A program made the position numbers and the translations under genes. Under the pieces are notes generated by a model. The model was not told the DNA's origin and made no database searches. It saw nothing but the letters and a program-made list of their open reading frames with translations. Positions 1 through 7,554 of a stretch of DNA of 64,000 nucleotides are shown in pieces (the first letter of the stretch is position 1; each line of letters starts with the position of its first letter). The stretch is taken from NCBI RefSeq assembly GCF_000007005.1, contig NC_002754.1. One strand, 5' to 3'. This DNA is from Saccharolobus solfataricus P2 (GTDB taxonomy: Archaea > Thermoproteota > Thermoprotei_A > Sulfolobales > Sulfolobaceae).

Positions 1-252
1 GTATACTCTTCTTCCCTATACATTGTCGCAGCAAGCTTAGTTTCTTTAGCCTCTCTGCTTTCATTATTACTTATAATCTTAATAGCAAGGAGACATATGA
101 TAGAGTATTTCTATATGATTCCTTCGTTCGTTTATATGAACTTTATTGTCGCACTAAACTTCACTGCAATATTTTTAGAGTTAATAAGAGCACCTAGAGT
201 GTGGGTAAAAACTGAAAGAAGTGCCAAGGTTACGGGGGAGGTCATGGGATGA
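1..252 (+). CDS. C-terminal part of a membrane protein, probably a family 2 glycosyltransferase (5' truncated by window)
   Basis: Frame 1 is open from base 1 (VYSSSLYIVAASLVSL...PRVWVKTERSAKVTGEVMG*). It has hydrophobic helices and a W-x-K-T-x-R tail typical of GT2 membrane domains. The stop overlaps the next start (ATGA). Confidence 0.55.
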   Translation, partial: VYSSSLYIVAASLVSLASLLSLLLIILIARRHMIEYFYMIPSFVYMNFIVALNFTAIFLELIRAPRVWVKTERSAKVTGEVMG

Positions 253-857
253 TAACTGAATTTTTACTTAAAAAGAAATTAGAAGAACATTTAAGCCATG
301 TAAAGGAAGAGAATACGATATATGTAACAGATTTAGTAAGATGCCCCAGAAGAGTAAGATATGAGAGTGAATACAAGGAGCTTGCAATCTCTCAGGTTTA
401 CGCGCCTTCAGCTATTTTAGGGGACATATTGCATCTCGGTCTTGAAAGCGTATTAAAAGGGAACTTTAATGCAGAAACTGAAGTTGAAACTCTGAGAGAA
501 ATTAACGTCGGAGGTAAAGTTTATAAAATTAAAGGAAGAGCCGATGCAATAATTAGAAATGACAACGGGAAGAGTATTGTAATTGAGATAAAAACTTCTA
601 GAAGTGATAAAGGATTACCTCTAATTCATCATAAAATGCAGCTACAGATATATTTATGGTTATTTAGTGCAGAAAAAGGTATACTAGTTTACATAACTCC
701 AGATAGGATAGCTGAGTATGAAATAAACGAACCTTTAGATGAAGCAACAATAGTAAGACTTGCAGAGGATACAATAATGTTACAAAACTCACCTAGATTC
801 AACTGGGAATGTAAATATTGCATATTTTCCGTCATTTGCCCAGCTAAACTAACCTAA
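249..857 (+). CDS. cas4: Solo Cas4-family 5'-3' exonuclease with 4Fe-4S cluster (SSO0001-like)
   Basis: One N-terminal Cys (VRCPR) plus C-terminal W-E-C-x-x-C-x5-C-P; RecB motifs GRAD, IEIK and QLQIY. Confidence 0.92.
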   Translation: MITEFLLKKKLEEHLSHVKEENTIYVTDLVRCPRRVRYESEYKELAISQVYAPSAILGDILHLGLESVLKGNFNAETEVETLREINVGGKVYKIKGRADAIIRNDNGKSIVIEIKTSRSDKGLPLIHHKMQLQIYLWLFSAEKGILVYITPDRIAEYEINEPLDEATIVRLAEDTIMLQNSPRFNWECKYCIFSVICPAKLT

Positions 858-888
858 AATTAAAATCTCTCATCGATATAATTAAATT

Positions 889-2091
889 GTGCACACTAGA
901 CCAGTAGTTGCCACAATAGCTGGGAGTGACAGTGGAGGAGGTGCTGGATTACAGGCTGATCTAAAGACGTTTAGCGCATTAGGAGTTTTTGGTACAACAA
1001 TAATAACCGGTTTAACAGCACAGAATACAAGAACAGTTACAAAAGTATTAGAGATACCATTAGATTTCATTGAAGCTCAGTTTGATGCGGTTTGCCTAGA
1101 TTTACATCCAACTCACGCCAAAACTGGAATGTTAGCTTCTGGTAAAGTGGTAGAACTTGTACTGAGAAAAATTAGAGAGTATAACATAAAACTAGTTTTA
1201 GATCCAGTGATGGTTGCGAAATCTGGATCATTATTGGTAACAGAGGATATCTCGGAGCAAATAAAAAAGGCGATGAAGGAGGCCATAATATCTACTCCAA
1301 ACAGATATGAAGCTGAGATAATAAATAAGACAAAGATTAATAGTCAAGATGATGTTATAAAAGCGGCAAGGGAAATTTATTCTAAGTATGGGAATGTTGT
1401 AGTTAAAGGATTTAATGGAGTAGATTACGCCATAATTGACGGAGAAGAAATAGAGTTAAAAGGTGATTACATCAGTACTAAAAATACACATGGTAGTGGA
1501 GACGTATTTTCTGCCTCCATAACTGCATATCTTGCCTTGGGATACAAACTTAAAGATGCATTAATAAGAGCTAAAAAATTCGCTACAATGACAGTCAAAT
1601 ACGGTTTGGACTTAGGAGGAGGATATGGACCAGTAGATCCCTTTGCCCCTATAGAGTCCATAGTGAAGAGAGAAGAAGGAAGAAATCAGCTAGAAAACTT
1701 ACTTTGGTACTTAGAGTCTAATCTTAACGTTATACTTAAACTAATTAACGATACCTCGAAAGTAAATGTGGCATATATGACAAAGTATAATGATGTATTA
1801 AGTTTAGCTGGAGGATTAATAAAATATTTGGACAAGCTGAAGATTGATGGACCGATACTTAATAATGTAAATAACGAGATAACTAGAATCATGAGAGAAA
1901 CACCAGATGAGAAAATAGGAATATTATTGCCATTTACTGATAAAATATTAGACGCTGCGGAAAAAGGTAAAATAAAATTAAATAAAAGTGGTATTAATGG
2001 GGACGCAATACTACGAGATAATATGGTATTAATTATAGCCAAGGATAAGGATGAGTTAATAAGAAAGTTAAAAGAGGTAGCTATAGGTTGA
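889..2091 (+). CDS. thiD: Hydroxymethylpyrimidine/phosphomethylpyrimidine kinase with degenerate C-terminal ThiN-like domain
   Basis: [29 protein letters not shown] and THGSGD motifs. Confidence 0.92.
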   Translation: MHTRPVVATIAGSDSGGGAGLQADLKTFSALGVFGTTIITGLTAQNTRTVTKVLEIPLDFIEAQFDAVCLDLHPTHAKTGMLASGKVVELVLRKIREYNIKLVLDPVMVAKSGSLLVTEDISEQIKKAMKEAIISTPNRYEAEIINKTKINSQDDVIKAAREIYSKYGNVVVKGFNGVDYAIIDGEEIELKGDYISTKNTHGSGDVFSASITAYLALGYKLKDALIRAKKFATMTVKYGLDLGGGYGPVDPFAPIESIVKREEGRNQLENLLWYLESNLNVILKLINDTSKVNVAYMTKYNDVLSLAGGLIKYLDKLKIDGPILNNVNNEITRIMRETPDEKIGILLPFTDKILDAAEKGKIKLNKSGINGDAILRDNMVLIIAKDKDELIRKLKEVAIG

Positions 2092-2969
2092 TAATCGTAG
2101 TAGGAAGTTACAACGTTGATGTAATATTGAAAGTTAATAAAATACCTGAAATTGGAGAAACTGTAATAGCTGATGAATTATACATAACGCATGGAGGTAA
2201 AGGCTCAAATCAGGCAGTATCAGCTTCAAGATTAGGAAGCCATGTTAAAATAATCGTTGCAGTGGGAGATGATAAACATGGAACTGATGCGATCGAATTT
2301 TGGAAATCAGAAAATATTGACGTATCTAAAGTGAAAGTAAAGAGTGGTATAAACACTGGAACTGCATATATATTCGTTGACAAGAAAGGAAGAAATATCA
2401 TTGTTGTAAACAGAGGTGCAAATTACTATTTGTCAGAAGACGATTTAAATAATAGCCTCGAGGGTGACATATTATTAATGCAATTGGAAATAAGGGAAAG
2501 TGTAGTTAAAAAGGCAGCAAAGGAGTTTAACGGAATAAAAATACTTAATCCCGCCCCAGCTAACCTTAAAGATACTGAAATTTTGTCATTAGTAGATATT
2601 ATAACACCTAATGAAATAGAGTTCAAAGAGTTAGTAAATACTGACGATTTCGAATATGGTTTAAATCTATTGCTAAAGAAAGTAAAAAAGGCGGTGATAG
2701 TTACGCTAGGGGAAAGAGGAGCACTTCTGGCAACTAGAGACGGAAAAAAGGTACTTATACCAGCTCCTAAAGTAAATGTTATCGATGAAACGGGAGCTGG
2801 TGACGTATTTAATGCAGCGCTTTCCGTGTATTTAGAAAAGGGGTATGACCTTGAGACTGCAGTTGAATATGCGAATAAGGTTGCAGCGCTTTCCGTAACT
2901 AAGATAGGAGCTTTAGGACCAAAATTAGATGAGGTGGTGAGATTTCTTGAAGAAATCGACAAAGCGTAA
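2088..2969 (+). CDS. rbsK: Ribokinase (PfkB family)
   Basis: GGKGSNQAV, NPAPA, TPNEIE and DETGAGDVF signatures. Confidence 0.85.
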   Translation: MIIVVGSYNVDVILKVNKIPEIGETVIADELYITHGGKGSNQAVSASRLGSHVKIIVAVGDDKHGTDAIEFWKSENIDVSKVKVKSGINTGTAYIFVDKKGRNIIVVNRGANYYLSEDDLNNSLEGDILLMQLEIRESVVKKAAKEFNGIKILNPAPANLKDTEILSLVDIITPNEIEFKELVNTDDFEYGLNLLLKKVKKAVIVTLGERGALLATRDGKKVLIPAPKVNVIDETGAGDVFNAALSVYLEKGYDLETAVEYANKVAALSVTKIGALGPKLDEVVRFLEEIDKA

Positions 2970-2970
2970 A

Positions 2971-3060
2971 ATGAAAAGTGATAGAAAAGAAGAGGAACAT
3001 TGCATAGCAGGATTTTGTGATCTAGATTTTGTAGATATAACGGAGCGAGAGGATCTATGA
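2971..3060 (+). CDS. Candidate 29-aa microprotein MKSDRKEEEHCIAGFCDLDFVDITEREDL
   Basis: ATG lies 1 nt after the rbsK stop and the TGA overlaps the next ATG (ATGA), so the ORF fills the whole gap. Confidence 0.45.
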   Translation: MKSDRKEEEHCIAGFCDLDFVDITEREDL

Positions 3061-3743
3061 AAATTACCTTTATTGGAACTGGAGCTGGTTCTAGTCTAGG
3101 GCTAAAAAGGGTTAAGTCCAGTATATTAATTAACGATAAAGTACTTCTTGACTTAGGTCCTGGGGCTGAGTTAAGATTAGAAGATCTAAGAATACATCCG
3201 AAAGCTCTCTTTATTACTCATTTGCATATTGATCATTTCAGTGGAGTTTTTGACTATTTAGTCCAGAGGAAAATAAGACAAATCCCCGAATTAGTAATCT
3301 ATTCTCCCAAAGGCTTTTCAGAAGTCCTAAACATATACACTAGAATAGGAAATAATATTTCGGCTAAAATATATGAAAGCGACTTACCCAGCGGTAAAAT
3401 TGACGAAATGGAAATATATTCGATTCAAGCTTGTCACTCGATTTATGCCGTTAGCTACATTATAAGCGATGGAAATACGAGAGTATTATATACTGGTGAT
3501 ACTAAAGAACCTTGTAATGCTATACTAGAAAACATAAAAGATGTTGATTTGATCATTCATGAAACAACTTGTGTAGATGACTGTAGTATTTGGGGACATA
3601 CTTCAATAAAACAAATATTTGAGTTATTTAGCAATAAGAGAATTTTTGCTACACACATTCCGGCCGAAATTGAAGAAAAAATAATAAGCCTTGCTAATAA
3701 TAAAATAAATATTGCTTTTGACGGGTTGTCATTAAATGTGTAG
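3057..3743 (+). CDS. Metallo-beta-lactamase-fold hydrolase (RNase Z/PhnP-like)
   Basis: FIGTG, THLHIDH, YTGDT and IHETT..GHT motifs. Confidence 0.82.
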   Translation: MKITFIGTGAGSSLGLKRVKSSILINDKVLLDLGPGAELRLEDLRIHPKALFITHLHIDHFSGVFDYLVQRKIRQIPELVIYSPKGFSEVLNIYTRIGNNISAKIYESDLPSGKIDEMEIYSIQACHSIYAVSYIISDGNTRVLYTGDTKEPCNAILENIKDVDLIIHETTCVDDCSIWGHTSIKQIFELFSNKRIFATHIPAEIEEKIISLANNKINIAFDGLSLNV

Positions 3744-4458
3744 AATTTTGGCTTTTCATACTAAGGGCGAAATTTCAAAAGAATACGTAAATGCATTAAT
3801 AAGGGCAAGTAGAAATGATATTTTCTCTAAATATGGAAGTCATCCAGATGGATGGGGTCTAAGTATATTTCTCAAGAGAAATGATAAATGGAAGGTAATT
3901 TATTATAGATCAGAAGATCCAATATATGAGGATCCTAACATCAGTTATCTAATTGATATTGCCAAGGGAGAGGACATAGTTGGAGTTATTCATGCAAGAA
4001 AAGCCGGTAGGAAATTTCTTACCGGACTATCTCACGCTCATCCCTATTACATGCGAGCAAACATCTATGATCTCTACTTTGCTCATAATGGTTCAGTTAG
4101 TAGAACAAGCTTTAAAGATAGCAATAGACCATTCACAGATAGCTATCTAATTCTAGAAGAGATTAAGACTTTAATAGAGAGTAATATGTCTCCATTTGAC
4201 GCGTATGCAATAACTCTAGATAAACTGAAGGACTGTTCTACGAGCTTAAATTCAAGTTTGATTTATTACAATAAGAAGGAAGGACCCTCTATTCTAATTG
4301 GATATTATTATAATAGGAATAGATTATCAAAAGAGACTAATGAAGAGTATTACAAGCTATATACAGACAATAAAAGATACATCTTTTCATCAACAATAAA
4401 ATATTATCTAGGAGTAGATGCAGAGGAACTTATAATGGGAAGTATTATACATCTTTAA
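3736..4458 (+). CDS. Class II glutamine amidotransferase (YafJ/EgtC-like)
   Basis: N-terminal MCR (Ntn Cys), HPDGWG, HARKA, HPY, AHNG and TDS. Confidence 0.82.
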   Translation: MCRILAFHTKGEISKEYVNALIRASRNDIFSKYGSHPDGWGLSIFLKRNDKWKVIYYRSEDPIYEDPNISYLIDIAKGEDIVGVIHARKAGRKFLTGLSHAHPYYMRANIYDLYFAHNGSVSRTSFKDSNRPFTDSYLILEEIKTLIESNMSPFDAYAITLDKLKDCSTSLNSSLIYYNKKEGPSILIGYYYNRNRLSKETNEEYYKLYTDNKRYIFSSTIKYYLGVDAEELIMGSIIHL

Positions 4459-4499
4459 GAGGTATAAATTCTTAAGCATGAAGATTATAATATTTATTT

Positions 4500-5348
4500 A
4501 TGAAGGAGAGTCTCATAGAAGCAAAAGTTATGGATTATGGTAAACTAAAGGACATTCAAAAGGAAATTTTATATTACAAGCTCTATGTTGACGCATTGAA
4601 AAAGAAAGGGATTAAGGAAAAAGTGGACCCACCCCCTACCTTGCCCAAATCTATTGTATCTTCAGTGCTCACTGGAGGAATCCCTAGAGATGGCCCACTA
4701 CAGATAGAATTAGTTAGTAATGATGTAGTAAAGATAAAGGAGTATAACACTTTAGTAAAAATACAGAGTGATTCTAGGCTACCGTTATATGCCATAGTAG
4801 AGTACAGGGATACTGATATAAGGGTTTATTTAGCTTATCGAGAGAATCCTAGCATAGTTGGATTAGACCTAGGCTTACGGCATCTAATAACAATTGTTGC
4901 AATAAAAGATACCAAACCATGGAAAGTGAGATTCTTTGATGAGCCTAAACTTATGGAGAAATTTGCAAATTTCTTAAGTGAAAATCAAGGAATTATTAAG
5001 TTAGAAGAAATGAAGAGTAACGCTAAAAGAATTATTTACGAAGCTGTAAGCTTTATTGAAGATTTAGAACCAAAAGTAGTTGCGATGGAGAATTTGGAAT
5101 ATTTTGAGACCAAAACGGGTAAAGGATTAAGAGCTTTACAGAATATGCTAGAGAACGAAATACGAAGAAGAGGTATTAGATATAGAAAAATAGACCCATA
5201 TAACACATCAAGGGTATGTGCAAAGTGTGGATACAAGAAAGGTGAAATATTAGGCTCGCTATTTGTATGTCCAGCATGTGGATATAAAGCGGATAGAGAT
5301 TATAACGCAGCATATAATATAGCACTAAAATGTTATTACACTTGCTAA
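4500..5348 (+). CDS. tnpB: Compact TnpB-like (IS200/IS605 OrfB) RuvC + zinc-ribbon protein, 282 aa
   Basis: RuvC-I GLDLG, RuvC-II AMENL, YNTSRVCAKCG...CPACG zinc finger and RuvC-III DRDYNAAYNI. Confidence 0.87.
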   Translation: MKESLIEAKVMDYGKLKDIQKEILYYKLYVDALKKKGIKEKVDPPPTLPKSIVSSVLTGGIPRDGPLQIELVSNDVVKIKEYNTLVKIQSDSRLPLYAIVEYRDTDIRVYLAYRENPSIVGLDLGLRHLITIVAIKDTKPWKVRFFDEPKLMEKFANFLSENQGIIKLEEMKSNAKRIIYEAVSFIEDLEPKVVAMENLEYFETKTGKGLRALQNMLENEIRRRGIRYRKIDPYNTSRVCAKCGYKKGEILGSLFVCPACGYKADRDYNAAYNIALKCYYTC

Positions 5349-5350
5349 TA

Positions 5351-6334
5351 CTAAATACTCCAATAATTCCTCAAAATATTCTTCTCTTCACTCAGATAAT
5401 TCATAAATCTGGATCTCACCGAATCGTTTGACTGATATTTTTTATACTCCATTTTTATGTTTGCAAATCCTTCTAAAAACGCCTTTAAACCTTTTATTAA
5501 ACCTTTATCGTAGCCCCCCTCTAAAACTGCATACTTTTTAGTGAATTTATTACTGAGTACTCCAAAACTATAGAATGTGTATTCAGTAGCGTTCACTGAT
5601 GCTAGACCGTCGCCCATGTAAGAGTCAAATCCAGCAGAATAAGCGATAACTGCTGGTTTGAAGTCATCTAAAATTGCCTGGATAATTGGAATTAATTCCT
5701 CATATAAATCGTCACTACCTAAAGGAGGAATTAGTAAGTTAATCTTCGTCCCTTCTGCATCTTTCTCGCCTATCATATCTGGGAAACCGTTTCCAGGATA
5801 GATAGTTCTAGGATCTTGATGCACATCAATATGCAAAATATCTGGATCATCATAAAAAATCTCTTGAGTGCCATTGCCGTAATGCACATCAAAATCAATA
5901 ATTGCAACTCTCTTTAGCTTGTACTTCTTAATGGGATATGCTACATTATTAAAAATGCAAAAACCTAGGGTAGGAGCACCAAACGCTCTACCGTTAACTC
6001 CAGCGTGATGACCAGGTGGCCTAACTAATGCAAAACCATTAGTCTCAAATGCCTCTAATGCACCACCCATTGCATAAAGTGCGGACTCATAGGTGTACCT
6101 ATTAGTATAAGTATCTTCGTCTAAGTTCTCTTCTAATTTGGAGTGTTTTTCAACTAATTTAACGTAATCTTCCGAATGTATTATTTGTGGATCATCAACT
6201 TTAATAGGTTTTTTGAACTTAACCTTAAGTTGATTAATTGCAGATAATGCCTTGTCTATTCTACTGGGATTCTCAACGTGATACCCCTTTGGAGCATGAT
6301 ACTTGTATATATCATCATAAACAATAGTTATCAT
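5351..6334 (-). CDS. Histone deacetylase/AcuC family hydrolase
   Basis: RPPGHHA, GFCIFNN, IDFDVHYGNGTQ, SAGFD and LEGGY. Confidence 0.92.
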   Translation of the reverse strand: MITIVYDDIYKYHAPKGYHVENPSRIDKALSAINQLKVKFKKPIKVDDPQIIHSEDYVKLVEKHSKLEENLDEDTYTNRYTYESALYAMGGALEAFETNGFALVRPPGHHAGVNGRAFGAPTLGFCIFNNVAYPIKKYKLKRVAIIDFDVHYGNGTQEIFYDDPDILHIDVHQDPRTIYPGNGFPDMIGEKDAEGTKINLLIPPLGSDDLYEELIPIIQAILDDFKPAVIAYSAGFDSYMGDGLASVNATEYTFYSFGVLSNKFTKKYAVLEGGYDKGLIKGLKAFLEGFANIKMEYKKYQSNDSVRSRFMNYLSEEKNILRNYWSI

Positions 6335-6375
6335 TTAGCCTATCTTTTTATAACACGTCTATTTAAGTTTAAAAC

Positions 6376-7431
6376 ATGAATCGAATACAGAGAGTACAAA
6401 AAGAATTGGAGAGAGCTAATGCAGATTACTTAATAACTGGCACTACTAGCAATATGTACTATTTAATAGGATTTTCTGAGGAACAAATGGAAAGGCCACT
6501 TTTACTTTTCATTACCAGAGACGATTATTTTCTACTTGTACCAAAACTTTATGAGGAGCAATTAAAGCAATTTCCGCTTATCGTCTACAGAGACGGAGAG
6601 GATCCTTACTCCAAGCTAAATTTGAAGGAAAATTCTAATGTTTTAATTGACGATACAACCTTCTCGCTATTTACTATAGAAATACTAAATAGATTCAAAC
6701 CTGGAAGAATAGGCAGAGCCTCACGTATATTGGGAAAGCTTAGACAAGTAAAGGATGATGAGGAATTAGAAAAAATGGAGAAAGGTGTTAAGAAAGCGGA
6801 ACAACTTATTTTAGAATTTGTATCGAACATAAAGGAAAATATGACAGAGTGCCAAATAGAGAGAAAATTAAAGAGTTTCTTGATCGAAGAGGCGGGTAAT
6901 ATATCGTTTGATCCAATAGTAACCTCCGGTCCTAACTCTTCTATGCCTCACTTAAGATGTAGTGATAAAAAGGTAAAACGAGGTGAGGCAATAGTTATAG
7001 ATTATGGGATAAAGCATGATGGCTACTCTACTGACACCACAAGAGTGTTCTCCTTAGGTAAACCTAATGATCCTTTAATTTTAGAAATTGTCGAAATTGT
7101 TAAAACTGCGAATGAAGAGGCTGAAAAGCATGTAAGAGAAGGTATGAGAGCAAAGGAAATTGACTATTTTGCTAGAGAAGTCATAACTAATAAAGGGTAT
7201 GGGGACTATTTTATTCACAGAACTGGACATGGTATAGGAATCGACGTTCATGAAGATCCATATATTTCGCCGGATAACGATGATGTAATAGAGCAAAATA
7301 TGGTGTTTACTATAGAGCCTGGAATTTATCTACCAGGCAAATTTGGGATAAGGATAGAAGACGAAGTAGTAGTAAAAAAAGGTTATGGGAAAACACTAAA
7401 CATGTTACAAAAAGAATTATACATTATATAA
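6376..7431 (+). CDS. pepQ: Xaa-Pro aminopeptidase/prolidase (M24B)
   Basis: IDYG...YSTDTTR, HRTGHGIG..VHE, EPGIY and GIRIED. Confidence 0.9.
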   Translation: MNRIQRVQKELERANADYLITGTTSNMYYLIGFSEEQMERPLLLFITRDDYFLLVPKLYEEQLKQFPLIVYRDGEDPYSKLNLKENSNVLIDDTTFSLFTIEILNRFKPGRIGRASRILGKLRQVKDDEELEKMEKGVKKAEQLILEFVSNIKENMTECQIERKLKSFLIEEAGNISFDPIVTSGPNSSMPHLRCSDKKVKRGEAIVIDYGIKHDGYSTDTTRVFSLGKPNDPLILEIVEIVKTANEEAEKHVREGMRAKEIDYFAREVITNKGYGDYFIHRTGHGIGIDVHEDPYISPDNDDVIEQNMVFTIEPGIYLPGKFGIRIEDEVVVKKGYGKTLNMLQKELYII

Positions 7432-7554
7432 TTTCGGCCATAATTTTTTAATTTCAGAATTTCTCTTCAAATGGTAATATTACATCTATGGTCGTTCTTA
7501 GTACTATAAAGAACGGAAGAAGGAAAACACTTAAAAGCATTTAGATATATCTTT

